NCBI GenBank assembly: GCA_009886115.1
Contig: VFJJ01000103.1
Span: forward strand, 1-53,638
Origin: Actinomycetota bacterium
GTDB taxonomy: Bacteria; Actinomycetota; Acidimicrobiia; IMCC26256; VFJJ01
Direction: 5' to 3'
DNA length: 53,638 nt
The position numbers and the translations under genes are program-made. Numbering within the stretch: the stretch's first letter is position 1; the number at the start of each line of letters is the position of its first letter. The notes under the pieces are model-generated. The model worked only from the letters and a program-made list of their open reading frames with translations. It ran no database searches and had not been told where the DNA came from. Positions 35,652-47,599 of this stretch are shown here, piece by piece.

Positions 35652-37054
35652 GTACTGCCGTGGGGGCATTCGACCCAGTCGCGGTCGTCGGGCAGCAGCA
35701 GGCTCGCCTGCACGGGTCCCCAGGTGCCGCGGTCGTAGGGGAAGGCGGTTCCGTGGTCGTCGAGCACGCCATCGGCGATCCGCCATGCCTCCTCGACGGC
35801 ATCCTGACGGGCGAAGAGCCGCTGATCGCCGGCGATGGCGTCGTGCAGCAGACGTTCGTAGGGCTCGGGTCCCTCGCCACCGAGCTCGCGCTCGTACATG
35901 ACCTCGAGGTCGACGGGGCGGCTGATGAGCTCGCCGCCGGGGACCTTGGCCTGCATGGTCAGCGTGATCGTGTCGTCGGGCTTCATCCGGAACCGGAGAT
36001 GGTTGGGGTGAGGCTGGGGATGCGCCGCGTCGGCGAACATCAGCCGGGGCGGGGCCTTGAACTCCACGAGCGCTTCCTGCACCGTCTGGGCCAGGCCCTT
36101 GCCAGCCCGGATGTAGAAGGGCACGCCGGCCCAGCGCCACGAGTCGATCTCGAGCTTCAGCGCCACGTAGGTCTCGGTGTCGGAGCCAGGGTCGACACCG
36201 GGCTCGTCGCGATAGCCCCGGTACTGGCCCCTGATCAGGTTCTCGGGCCGCCAGGCCTTCATCGACTTGAGCACCTTGACGGTCTCGTCGCGCAGCGCGT
36301 CGGCAGCGGCTGAGACGGGGGGCTCCATGGCCAAGAGGCACACCATCTGCAGGAGGTGGTTCTGCACCACGTCGCGCATGGCCCCGACGTTGTCGTAGAA
36401 ACCGCCTCGCCCCTCCACGCCGAAGTCCTCGGCCATGGTGATCTGCACGTGCTCCACGTAGTGCCGGTTCCACAGCGGTTCGAGCAGGGCGTTGGCGAAG
36501 CGGAACACCATCAGGTTCTGGACGGGCTCCTTGCCCAGGAAGTGGTCGATCCGAAAGATCGCTTCCTCGGGGAATTGCTCGTGCAGCGTGGCGTTGAGCT
36601 CGAGCGCGCTGGCGAGGTCGCGACCGAACGGCTTCTCGATCACGATGCGGCTGCCGGCAGCGAGCCCCACCCGGGCCAATCCGTTGGCAACATTGGGGAA
36701 CAGGACCGGGGGAATCGCCAGGTAGAAGACCGGTCGCACCGAACCGTGGATCGCCGCGGCCAGGCGCTCGTACACCGTCGGATCCTGGTAGTCGCCCCCG
36801 ACGTAGCTGAGTCGACGAGCGAACTCCTCGAAGGTGGTCTCGTCGAAGGTGCCGTGTCCCTGCAGCGCTTCTCGAGCCCGGAGCCGAAGTTGATCGTCGG
36901 TCCAGGGCTCGAACGCCACGCCCACCACGGGTATCTCGAGGTGGCCCCCGCGGAACAGGTCGTACACGGCACGGAACAGCTTCTTCTTCGCCAGGTCGCC
37001 GGTGATCCCGAACAACACGAGCACGTCGGCCCGCTTTCCCCGCTCAGCCGGCAC
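35645..37054 (-). CDS. zwf: Glucose-6-phosphate dehydrogenase
   Basis: [46 protein letters not shown]. Confidence 0.97.
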   Translation of the reverse strand: MPAERGKRADVLVLFGITGDLAKKKLFRAVYDLFRGGHLEIPVVGVAFEPWTDDQLRLRAREALQGHGTFDETTFEEFARRLSYVGGDYQDPTVYERLAAAIHGSVRPVFYLAIPPVLFPNVANGLARVGLAAGSRIVIEKPFGRDLASALELNATLHEQFPEEAIFRIDHFLGKEPVQNLMVFRFANALLEPLWNRHYVEHVQITMAEDFGVEGRGGFYDNVGAMRDVVQNHLLQMVCLLAMEPPVSAAADALRDETVKVLKSMKAWRPENLIRGQYRGYRDEPGVDPGSDTETYVALKLEIDSWRWAGVPFYIRAGKGLAQTVQEALVEFKAPPRLMFADAAHPQPHPNHLRFRMKPDDTITLTMQAKVPGGELISRPVDLEVMYERELGGEGPEPYERLLHDAIAGDQRLFARQDAVEEAWRIADGVLDDHGTAFPYDRGTWGPVQASLLLPDDRDWVECPHGSTR

Positions 37055-37072
37055 GGTGCTCGTCCATCGATC

Positions 37073-38086
<1,014 letters not shown>

Positions 38087-38204
38087 TGCGGTCCTCTTCC
38101 CTGCTCGTGTCGATACGGGACCATGTTCTCACGTGACGAGACCCACGCAGAACACGCCTCGCCGGGCGCTCTTGCCGTCTGGCAGTGGCTCGAAGCGTTG
38201 CGAG

Positions 38205-40169
38205 CTATTCGCGCGGCTCGCCCACCCATTCGAAGTGCATGCCGTCGGGGATGGTGAAGCCGCCACCCCAGGCGAAACCCCAGCGGCGGAAGATCGCCAC
38301 GACCCTCGGGTCGATGCGAGGCGTGGCGCCGAAGGCGTTGGTGCGCGGGTTGATGTCGACGGCGATCCCCCACGAATGCCGGGAGAGGCTGCCGCCGCTG
38401 TTCGATCCGGGCGAGCGGATCTCGCGCGGGACGTAGCAGCCACCGTTGCGACGCGTGTCGGCGAGGTCGATCGCGCCGGCCAGGCCGGCAGCGGCCACCT
38501 CCCCGAGGGCCCCACGCAATGCGGGCATGATCGTCCGGTGACAGCGCAGGAGCCCGATGAGGGGGACGGGCTCGGTGACGATGTTCGCCGCGACCCATCC
38601 GGCCTCGGGGCTGATCGAGTTCCCGCCACCGGAGAACGCGAACTCACCCAGCCGGCGCTTGAGCTCGGCCGTGTCGAGGACCCGATCGGGGCTCGGCGCA
38701 TCCCATGAACGTCTGACCCGGATACCAGGGGTCGCGCCCAGACGGCGTCCGAGCACGAACTCGATCGCGGCCCGGGACCGGTAGCCCCAGATCCGTACCG
38801 ACGACGGCCGCACGAATCCGAAGGAGGCCGCCACCCCGTCAGCGAAGAGCAGCTCGATCGAGCCGACATCGGCGTCGTCGGCGACGAGCCCGATCGTCGC
38901 CGACGACACGGCGCCGTTCCATCCCAGGAACTCGACCACATCGCCGACCTGCGCCCCCCGCAGCGCTGCCGAGGTTGAGCCCATCACGACCTGCCCGGTG
39001 CTCAGCACGCGGCCGACCTCGGGGCTCATGAGCTCGACGGCGGCCGCGGGGTCGATCGCGGTCGAGGCCATGGGGTAGCGCATGCCCGGCGGCGCCGCCT
39101 GCACCACGGCGCCACCCCGCATCACGCGATACAGACCGATCGTCCCCGCGTGCACCACGGTGGAGAAGCCGCCCACGTCGTTGGCCGCCGCGACCGCAGA
39201 CCGGATCGTCGCCGCGTCGAGCTGTCTCGCCGCGCCGACCGTCACCAGCTCCCGGCCCCGTCCGAGCACGACCCAGGTGGACCCCGTCGGGGCGACTCCG
39301 ATGCCGACGGGCCAGTCGCCCGCCAGGTCGACGGGGGGGATGGTCGCCTTGGCGGCAACGCCGAACGTCGAGACGACACCGAGGTTGTCGACGGTTGCGT
39401 ACCCACCCGGGGCCACTGCGATGGCGGCGACCATGCCCTGGGTGACCGGCCGGCCCAGGAAGGCCGCGTCACCGAACGCGAAGATCCCACCGTCACGAGC
39501 GGCCAGCCAATACCCGCTGCCCGACGGTGTGGCGGCCACCCCCACGACCGGCGCCAGCAACGGGGATCCGCCCGTCGAGCCGAAGAACCGAGCATCACCG
39601 AACGCGAAGATCCCACCGTCACGAGCGACGAGCCAGTAGCCGTTGCCGGTGGGGCTCGCGGCCATGCCAACGATCGGTTGGTTGATCACCTGGCTTCCGG
39701 TGGATCCGAAGAAACGAGCATCGCCAAACGCGAAGATCCCACCGTCGGCGGCGACGAACCAGTACCCCTTGCCCGCGGGATGGGCGGCCATCCCCACGAT
39801 CGGCTGGTTGAGCGTCAGGTTGCCGGTCGATCCGAAGAAGACGGCATCGCCGTATGCGAAGATCCCGCCGTCGGCCGCGACGAGCCAGTACCCGTTGCCC
39901 GTTGGCGTGGGCGCCAGACCCACCAAGGGGAATCGGAGCGCGAGCTCGGCTGGCGAACCGAAGGATCGGGATCCGAAGACGGCAACCACGTCGGTCGCCG
40001 CAACGCCCAGCGGGCGGACCCGTTGACGGTCGTCGACGATCTCGACGTCGGCCGGATCGACATCGGCGTGCGCTGCGGTTCCTGTGAGCACCAGAGAGCT
40101 CACCAGGACACTCGTCAGCGCCGCCGCCACGACGTGGCGCGCGCGAAGAAGGTCGGGCGTTCGGGACAT
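38205..40169 (-). CDS. Secreted M15-family metallopeptidase with GYWLVAxDGGIFAFGDA repeats
   Basis: Signal peptide (AHA-D); four ~40-aa repeats at 120-bp period; C-terminal SRHSWGIAVD...DGMHFE. Confidence 0.88.
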   Translation of the reverse strand: MSRTPDLLRARHVVAAALTSVLVSSLVLTGTAAHADVDPADVEIVDDRQRVRPLGVAATDVVAVFGSRSFGSPAELALRFPLVGLAPTPTGNGYWLVAADGGIFAYGDAVFFGSTGNLTLNQPIVGMAAHPAGKGYWFVAADGGIFAFGDARFFGSTGSQVINQPIVGMAASPTGNGYWLVARDGGIFAFGDARFFGSTGGSPLLAPVVGVAATPSGSGYWLAARDGGIFAFGDAAFLGRPVTQGMVAAIAVAPGGYATVDNLGVVSTFGVAAKATIPPVDLAGDWPVGIGVAPTGSTWVVLGRGRELVTVGAARQLDAATIRSAVAAANDVGGFSTVVHAGTIGLYRVMRGGAVVQAAPPGMRYPMASTAIDPAAAVELMSPEVGRVLSTGQVVMGSTSAALRGAQVGDVVEFLGWNGAVSSATIGLVADDADVGSIELLFADGVAASFGFVRPSSVRIWGYRSRAAIEFVLGRRLGATPGIRVRRSWDAPSPDRVLDTAELKRRLGEFAFSGGGNSISPEAGWVAANIVTEPVPLIGLLRCHRTIMPALRGALGEVAAAGLAGAIDLADTRRNGGCYVPREIRSPGSNSGGSLSRHSWGIAVDINPRTNAFGATPRIDPRVVAIFRRWGFAWGGGFTIPDGMHFEWVGEPRE

Positions 40170-40234
40170 GCCACCAGTCTGGCCGGCGCGCGACCCGCTG
40201 CCGCGCCGACGCTGCCCGATGCACAGCGGGACGG

Positions 40235-40726
40235 TCAGCTCTGGTCATCCATCGGCTGGCAGGCGCGGTCGAGGCCCAGCACCCGGGTGAGGCGGCCGTA
40301 GGCCATCCACGATCCGACCGAGATCCCGAGATCGAGGATCTCTTCGTCCGAGAACAGGCCCCGCATCCGGGCGATGAGCTCAGGCGTGATGCTCTCGTGG
40401 TCGAGCGCGAACCGCTCGGCGTACTCGACGGCCATCCGCTCCTGGTCGGTGTAGCCCGGCCAGGTCGCCCAATCGCGCAGGTGCGTGTAGTGCTCCTCGT
40501 CGACACCTCGGTCCGCGAACTGCGGCACCCGGTGGTGGAGTCAGACGAAGCACCCGTTGATCTGGGCGATGCGCATGCGCGCCGCCTCCGAGACCCGAGG
40601 CTCGAGGATCGAGTGCCGGGCGATCGACCTCGAGAGACCGGTGACCGCGGCGCCCATCTCGGGTCGCAGGGCCCAGACCCGCCGCGCTTGGTCCCCGTCA
40701 CCGTCGGGCACTCTGATGTACGCCAT
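40235..40726 (-). CDS. Carboxymuconolactone decarboxylase/AhpD family protein with in-frame TGA (putative CxxU selenoprotein)
   Basis: ORFs 40541-40726 and 40235-40528 are in one frame: ...EAARMRIAQINGCFV(TGA)LHHRVPQF...ERMAVEYAERFALDH...FSDEEILDL; 163 codons with readthrough. Confidence 0.85.
40504..40537 (-). promoter_or_regulatory. Putative bacterial SECIS hairpin
   Basis: After UGA: CACC/GGUG lower stem, CGG/CCG, CCGC-AGUUC-GCGG apical stem-loop; loop starts 20 nt after the UGA with G at position 2. Confidence 0.55.
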
Positions 40727-40774
40727 GGCAGCACTCCCCGCGACTTGAGCTTCCGCAGCCTACGCTCGGAGTCG

Positions 40775-42148
40775 ATGATTCCTGACGACGAACGTATCGC
40801 TCTCTTCCTCGACTACGAGAACCTCGCCATCGGCGCCCGGGAAGGGCTGCGGGGGCACAAGTTCGACCTCCGCCCCATCGCCGACGCCCTGGCCGCCCGT
40901 GGAAGAGTCGTGGTGCGCCGCGCGTACGCCGACTGGTCGTACTTCAGCGACGACCGACGCATGCTCACGCACAACCACGTCGAGCTGATCGAGATCCCGC
41001 AGCGGATGGGCGCTGTACGCAAGAACGCCGCCGACATCAAGATGGCCGTCGACGCCATCGAGCTCTCGTTCGAGCGCGAGTACATCACGACGTTCGCCAT
41101 CTGTACCGGCGACAGCGACTTCACACCCCTCGTGCACAAGCTCCGCGAGCTCAACAAGAAGGTGATCGGGATCGGCCTCAAGTCGTCGACCTCGGCGCTG
41201 TTGCCCCCGGCGTGTGACGAGTTCCTGTTCTACGAGCGCCTCGAAGGCGTCGACCTGAGCGCACCCGCTTCCAAGACCGGCGGCGGGTCCGGTGGCGCCA
41301 GCGGCGGCTCGGGCGACCGATCCGACACCAGCGAAACCGCCAGCGACAAGCCCAAGACGCGTTCGAGACGATCGCCGCCGAAGAAGGCTGCGGTGGCCGG
41401 ACCCGATGCGGGCACCGACGGCACCGGGGCCGACGACGGCATGCCGTCCGACGGCGAGGCCCCTACGAGCGGGGTCCGTGTCGGCGCGGCCTCCGACACC
41501 GAGATCGCCAAGCTCGTCACCCAGACCTTGACCGGTATCAAGCGCAGCGTCGACGGGCCCGTGTCGGCCTCGGTGCTCAAGCGCACCTTGTTGCGCAAGG
41601 ACCCCACGTTCGACGAGAGCGACCATGGCTTCCGGGTCTTCGGCGAGCTGCTGCGCCATCTCGAGGAGCACAAGGTCATCTCGCTGCGGCCCGGATCGGC
41701 TCAGGGCGATCCCGAGGTCGACTTCCCCGAACAGACCGGCGAGGAGGAGATGGCCTTCCGGCTGCTGCGCGACGTCGTGCTCGAGCAGCAGCGCCGCGAC
41801 GGCCCTCCGCTGTTGTCGGGGCTCAAGAACAAGCTCCGCAAGCGCCAGCCCGACTTCACCGAGAAGCGCTTCGGGTACGCCGGCTTCCTCCAGTTCTGCA
41901 CGGCGGCTCGGGCCCGGGGCTTCGTCGACATGGATTGGGACGACGAGGCCGACGACTACTTCATCGAGGCCAGCGGCAACGTCGCCGAGCCGAGCCCTAT
42001 CGCGGCGACAACACCGACGGCACCGACGGCACCGGCAACGCCGACAGCGCCTGCGGCAGCAGCGGCAGCAGCGGCATCCACGCCCGAGCCCAAGGCTCCG
42101 CGCACCTCGACCCGAGCCCCTCGGCGCCGCACCGCCCCCCGGCCGTGA
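40775..42148 (+). CDS. NYN domain protein with two LOTUS/OST-HTH domains
   Basis: FLDYEN, RAYADW, KNAADIKMAVD, GDSDF, CDEF; two FDE/FTE..GF/Y..F LOTUS motifs. Confidence 0.93.
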   Translation: MIPDDERIALFLDYENLAIGAREGLRGHKFDLRPIADALAARGRVVVRRAYADWSYFSDDRRMLTHNHVELIEIPQRMGAVRKNAADIKMAVDAIELSFEREYITTFAICTGDSDFTPLVHKLRELNKKVIGIGLKSSTSALLPPACDEFLFYERLEGVDLSAPASKTGGGSGGASGGSGDRSDTSETASDKPKTRSRRSPPKKAAVAGPDAGTDGTGADDGMPSDGEAPTSGVRVGAASDTEIAKLVTQTLTGIKRSVDGPVSASVLKRTLLRKDPTFDESDHGFRVFGELLRHLEEHKVISLRPGSAQGDPEVDFPEQTGEEEMAFRLLRDVVLEQQRRDGPPLLSGLKNKLRKRQPDFTEKRFGYAGFLQFCTAARARGFVDMDWDDEADDYFIEASGNVAEPSPIAATTPTAPTAPATPTAPAAAAAAAASTPEPKAPRTSTRAPRRRTAPRP

Positions 42149-42185
42149 ACCCCTCGAACCCCTCGAACCCCTCGAAGCCCTCGAA
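42147..42185. repeat. 9-bp tandem repeat GAACCCCTC x4
   Basis: Starts at the NYN stop codon. Confidence 0.9.
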
Positions 42186-42230
42186 ATTTGCGCGGAAATG
42201 CTCACCTGGTGAGCATTTCCGCGCAAATTT
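42184..42230. terminator. Perfect 23-bp inverted repeat between convergent genes (bidirectional terminator or REP-like element)
   Basis: AAATTTGCGCGGAAATGCTCACC-T-GGTGAGCATTTCCGCGCAAATTT. Confidence 0.75.
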
Positions 42231-42254
42231 GGGAGTGTGGGGGTCGCCCAGCGG

Positions 42255-43009
<755 letters not shown>

Positions 43010-43013
<4 letters not shown>

Positions 43014-43789
43014 GCCGAGACCCCGAGGTAGGCCGCCTGCACGGCATGGTTGCCTCGGATCTCGGTCGGGGTCCCCTCGGCGATCACCCGCCCGAAGTCG
43101 AGGACGGTCACCTGTTGGGCCAACGACAGGACGAACTCCACGTTGTGCTCGACCACGAGCAACGAGACCCCCTGCCCGGCGTGGAGGCGCCGCAGCGCCT
43201 CACCGAGCTGCTCGGTCTCGCGGGTGTCGAGGCCCGACGACGGCTCGTCGAGCAAGAGCACCTTGGGCTCGGATGCCATCGCGCGGGCCACCTCGACGAG
43301 CCGTCCGGTACCCAGCGGCAGCGCCGCAGCGCTGCGCGACGCGACGGACTCGAGCCCCAGGTCGCTCAGGACGGCATCGACGCGATCGTCCTCGCCCGGG
43401 CCCGGACGGGCCCCCAGCCCCAGGAGATCGAGCGCCAGGTTCAGCCTCCGATGCCGGGCTCGATGCGCGACCACGAGGTGCTCTCGCACGGTCAGCTCGC
43501 CGAAGAGCTCCAAACGCTGGAACGTGCGAGCCAGGCCACGCTTGGCCCGAGCCTGGGGCGAGGCCCGGGTGACGTCGTGACCGTCGATCGACACCGTCCC
43601 GGTGCGGGGCCGGAGCAGTCCCGACATCACGCCGAAGAGCGTGGTCTTGCCGGCACCGTTGGGGCCCATGAGACCCACGATCGTCGCCGGCGGCACGCTC
43701 AACGACACGTCGCTGAGCGCGACCAGCCCGCCGAAGGCAACCGTGACGCCCCGAGCTTCGAGGAGCGGCCCTCCCGCCACCTCGCTCAT
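43010..43789 (-). CDS. ABC transporter ATP-binding protein (LivG-like)
   Basis: FGGLVAL, GPNGAGKTT, ARTFQ, LLLDEPSSG, VEHN. Confidence 0.94.
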
Positions 43790-46005
43790 GGCAGCATCAC
43801 CTCCCGCTCGTCCTGAGCGCGCTGCGCCGCTTCAGGCGTCGTGAGGTCGAGGCCCGGCGACCCCGTCGTTCCCGGCGGTGGATCCGCCGAGCGCCGCGCC
43901 GCCCGTTCGGCTCGACGGGCCCGACTCCGATGGCTCACGTCGTAGACGATGCCCCGGGGTTCCTTGGCCAGGCCGATGGCGCCCAGGCCGAAGAGCGTGG
44001 TGGGGATCTCACGGATGCTGTCGGCGATGAGCGGTACCTCGTCGAGGTTTCCGTTCCACACGAGGAAGGCCCCCAGCCAGAACACCGCCCACGCGGCCAA
44101 GGCGACCCGCTGCACGACGACGCGACGGACGTTCGATCGGATCCCCAGCATGATGAGCCCGAACAACACGAGGATGAACCATTCGAACTCGGCGAAGATC
44201 TGCGGGAACAAGGCGAACGAGAGGCCGGCGAGCAACGCGCCGGCCACCGAACGCACCCCCCAGGTGACGGCGATGGCAAGCCACACCACGCCGATCAGCG
44301 CGTCGAACTCGCGGGCGGGGAGCGCAATGCCGACGTAGGTGACCGAGAGCCCCCCGGCGAACGCGGCGAGGAACGACGACACCCCGAAGGCGATCAGGCG
44401 GTTCCGGACCACGCTGATGCCGAGGGTCGCCGTGGCGATCTCCGACGATCGCGTCGCCGCCAGGTTGAGCCCGGTGGTCGAGCGCTTGACGTTCATCACC
44501 AGGATCGCTGCGAGCACGAACAGCACGACCAGCAGGTAGTAGAAGGGCGTGTCGCCCTCGAAGTCGATGCCGAAGACCTCGGGGCGGGGCACCTTCACGC
44601 CGCCGTCGAAATTGTTGATCGACGCCGACTGGAAGAACAGGTTCTGCGTGAGCACGGCGAAGGCCAGCGTGGCCATCGCCAGATACAGCTCCCCGAGACG
44701 CAAGCTGGGTAAGGCGACGAGCAGACCGAACGGCACGACGATGAGGGCGGCGAGGAAGATCGCCAGCAACCCGTTCACCTTCGGGAGCCACGTCCAGCTG
44801 TCGTTGGTGGCGAGCTGCGCGGTCATGGCTCCTCCGACACCGGCGAAGGCCACCTGGCACAGCGACACCATGCCGCCCTCGCCGGCCACGATCGTGTACG
44901 ACAAGAAGGCGATCCCGACGGCCAGGCCCTTGGCGATGATGGCCTCCCAACGGCCGGCCAACGGCACCGGAGCGAGCAACACGATCAGGATGAGGATGGC
45001 GGGAGTGCGCAGCCGCAACCAGCCGTCGCTGTCGCGCGCCGTCGGCGGCGGCGCCTCGGACGCGACCGCGCGCGTGTCGACCGCAAAGCGCTCGCGGTCG
45101 AGGCCCCGGTAGCAGAGCAAGAAGATGAGCAGCAGGATGAACGGCACACTGTCGGGGAGCTTGGAGATCAACACGTCCTGGCTCTGGTCGGGCAGGATCC
45201 GGTACAGGAAGTCGTCGCGCACCCACTTCGACGGGATGAAGCTCTGCGTCATGCCGATGAGCACGCAGCCGACGACACCCATCACGAGGCTGTGGAACCG
45301 GGCGATCACCGCAGCGGCGAACATCGCCAGGACCAGGGGCGTGAAGTTGAGCTCCTGATAGCCCTTCAGAGGCGCCAGGAGAACGCCCGCCGCTCCGGCG
45401 AGGGTCGTGCCGATCATCCACGATCCGGCCGAGACGATGTTGGTGTTGATTCCGCTGATGCCGGCTTGGCGGGGCGAGTCGACCGTCGCCCGCACCTGGA
45501 GCCCGTAGGGCGTGTACCGCAAGACGACCGTCATCGACACCGCGACGACCACCGACACGAGCAGCACGAGGAACTCGTCGGAGTCGATCACGGTGCCGGC
45601 GACCCTGATCCAGCTGGCGGCCGGCGTGGGCCCGACGCCCGTCCGGTCGAAGATCTCCTCACGCCCGACGAAGAGGATGCGGCCGATCGCGGGCAAGGCC
45701 ACCCACAGGCCGATGGTCGACACGAGTCGGATCGTCGATGTGGCGTGGGTCAGCCGCCGGAACAGCGCCCACCACAAGAACAGGCCGAACAGCGGCGCGC
45801 ACACGAGCACCACGAACGCGCCGGCCAGCTTGGGGTTCCAGCCGTGGTCGACAGCCAGCCAGTGGAAGAAGATCGCCAGGAAGAAGGCGATTGCACCGTG
45901 CGCGAAGTTGAACACGCGCGACGACGTGTAGGTGAGGATCAGGCCCAGCGTGGCGATCGAGTAGACGCCAGCGAGCACCAGCCCGCCGATGACGTACGGC
46001 CACAT
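43786..46005 (-). CDS. Fused LivH-LivM type ABC permease
   Basis: FNFAHG in the first half; GMVSL.Q.AF.G.G and LYLAMATLAF in the second half. Confidence 0.9.
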   Translation of the reverse strand: MWPYVIGGLVLAGVYSIATLGLILTYTSSRVFNFAHGAIAFFLAIFFHWLAVDHGWNPKLAGAFVVLVCAPLFGLFLWWALFRRLTHATSTIRLVSTIGLWVALPAIGRILFVGREEIFDRTGVGPTPAASWIRVAGTVIDSDEFLVLLVSVVVAVSMTVVLRYTPYGLQVRATVDSPRQAGISGINTNIVSAGSWMIGTTLAGAAGVLLAPLKGYQELNFTPLVLAMFAAAVIARFHSLVMGVVGCVLIGMTQSFIPSKWVRDDFLYRILPDQSQDVLISKLPDSVPFILLLIFLLCYRGLDRERFAVDTRAVASEAPPPTARDSDGWLRLRTPAILILIVLLAPVPLAGRWEAIIAKGLAVGIAFLSYTIVAGEGGMVSLCQVAFAGVGGAMTAQLATNDSWTWLPKVNGLLAIFLAALIVVPFGLLVALPSLRLGELYLAMATLAFAVLTQNLFFQSASINNFDGGVKVPRPEVFGIDFEGDTPFYYLLVVLFVLAAILVMNVKRSTTGLNLAATRSSEIATATLGISVVRNRLIAFGVSSFLAAFAGGLSVTYVGIALPAREFDALIGVVWLAIAVTWGVRSVAGALLAGLSFALFPQIFAEFEWFILVLFGLIMLGIRSNVRRVVVQRVALAAWAVFWLGAFLVWNGNLDEVPLIADSIREIPTTLFGLGAIGLAKEPRGIVYDVSHRSRARRAERAARRSADPPPGTTGSPGLDLTTPEAAQRAQDEREVMLP

Positions 46006-46029
46006 TGCGATACCTCCAGCACGAGGAGT

Positions 46030-46065
46030 GGGAGGGGACGGCCCGACGCCGCGCCGTCCCCTCCC
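46030..46065. terminator. 13-bp stem hairpin between SBP and permease genes (mRNA stabiliser or partial terminator)
   Basis: GGGAGGGGACGGC-10 nt-GCCGTCCCCTCCC. Confidence 0.7.
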
Positions 46066-46086
46066 GGACGAGCTACCCGATCTCGA

Positions 46087-47535
46087 TCACTCGATGACGA
46101 GCGGTTCTCCGCACTTGGCCTTGCCTTCGAAGAGCGGGACGAACTTTCCCTCCTCGACCCGGACGTAATAGGTGCACGGGAACGGAGCGCCGAACGTGGA
46201 GATGAGGTCGATGGGGTCGAAGGCCCCGTTGGCCGTGTAGTCCTCGATGAGGCGCAGGTTGTTGATGAACGCCTCCCGGGTCGGGCACTCCACGCCGGCT
46301 TCCTTGATGCCCTGGATGAACATCTCGGCCGACAGCCAGCCGATGTAGTTCACCTGGTTGCGGGTCCCGTCCTCGGGCATCCACGTGTCGAACTCGGTGA
46401 ACGCCGGCGGCGTCGGCGTGGCCTCGAACGGGTAGAACTCCAGGCCGAACGACGCACCCTCGATGCCCTCGATCGCCAGCACTCGCGGGTCGTAACCGCC
46501 CGGGAACAGCACGGCATTGAGCTCCACCCCGGCGTCGGAAAGCTGCTTCACCAGCGCCGTGTTCTGGAGGAAGTCGACACCGGTCAACAAGCCGTCGGCC
46601 CCCGAGTCCTTGATCCGGTCGACGATCGCCGTGAACTCGGTCTGGCCGGGCTGGATCTCGGTCGAGGTGTACACCACCTCGAGCCCGGCAGCTTCGATCG
46701 ACTTGTTCTCACGGCCGACGAACGACGCTGACGACTGGTTGCCGCCGCCGACCGTCGCCACCTTGGTGGCCCCGAGCTCCGTCAGAACCTCGCCTGTCCG
46801 GGTGGTGTGATTCACCTCGGGCTCGGCCGCACCGGGCAGACGGAGGGCGAAGAAGTTGTTCTGCTGGCCCCAGTGGGGACGGCCCACGTGCCAGCCGGCG
46901 ACGGGGATCTGGTTCTCGTTCAGGTAGTCGGCCGACCCGTCGGACTGGTCGGAGATCTCGATGATCCCGTACACGTCCTCGCCCTCGACCAGCGTGCGGG
47001 CCACCTCGGAGTTGCGGGCCGCGTCCGACGCGTCATCGACTGCGACCAGCTCGATCGTTCGGCCGCCGAGCTCGCCCTCCTCGTTGGCCTTGTCGATGCG
47101 AGCCCGCACCCCGATCTCGGACGTGGCGAACGACGTCGCCCGCAGACCCGATTGGGGCACGATCATCCCGACCTTGATGGTGTCGTCGCTCACCCCGGGG
47201 ATCTCGGGACAGGTCGCCGGGGGCTCGAGGCGCTCGAGGTCGGCGAACTGGGCTGCGGACGGGAACGTCGCCGGTGTGGGCTCGGTGGCCTCGGTCGTCG
47301 TCGGCTCTTCGCCGGCGGCCGTCGTGCCGGTGCCCGAGGCTGCCGTCGTGGTCGCGGCGGCGGCCGTGGCCGCGGTGGTCGTGGCCGCGGCAGAGGTCGC
47401 AGCGGTGACGGGTGCCGCCGCGTCATCGTCGTCGTCACCACAAGCAGTGGCAACGAGGGCGAGCGAGAGCATCACCGCCCCCGCTGTCAGCCAACGGCGC
47501 CGTGTCGTGTCGGGCTCTCTGTCGGGACGGTCCAT
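46087..47535 (-). CDS. Liv-type ABC substrate-binding lipoprotein
   Basis: Lipobox ATA-C, Ala/Thr linker, GVSDDTIKVG, GGRTIELVAVDD. Confidence 0.92.
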   Translation of the reverse strand: MDRPDREPDTTRRRWLTAGAVMLSLALVATACGDDDDDAAAPVTAATSAAATTTAATAAAATTTAASGTGTTAAGEEPTTTEATEPTPATFPSAAQFADLERLEPPATCPEIPGVSDDTIKVGMIVPQSGLRATSFATSEIGVRARIDKANEEGELGGRTIELVAVDDASDAARNSEVARTLVEGEDVYGIIEISDQSDGSADYLNENQIPVAGWHVGRPHWGQQNNFFALRLPGAAEPEVNHTTRTGEVLTELGATKVATVGGGNQSSASFVGRENKSIEAAGLEVVYTSTEIQPGQTEFTAIVDRIKDSGADGLLTGVDFLQNTALVKQLSDAGVELNAVLFPGGYDPRVLAIEGIEGASFGLEFYPFEATPTPPAFTEFDTWMPEDGTRNQVNYIGWLSAEMFIQGIKEAGVECPTREAFINNLRLIEDYTANGAFDPIDLISTFGAPFPCTYYVRVEEGKFVPLFEGKAKCGEPLVIE

Positions 47536-47583
47536 GGTGACACCCCCTGAATCGGTGTGATCTGCTATCTGCCGACAAGCTAA

Positions 47584-47599
47584 CTGACATCGCTGTCAG
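47584..47599. promoter_or_regulatory. Palindromic operator CTGACA-N4-TGTCAG upstream of the ABC operon
   Basis: CTGACATCGCTGTCAG about 50 bp upstream of the SBP start. Confidence 0.6.

Noticed and set aside
40235..40726. Two separate small genes or a plain pseudogene
   Set aside because: Same frame with the stop precisely at a Cys-motif position; recoding is favoured, though a nonsense mutation cannot be excluded
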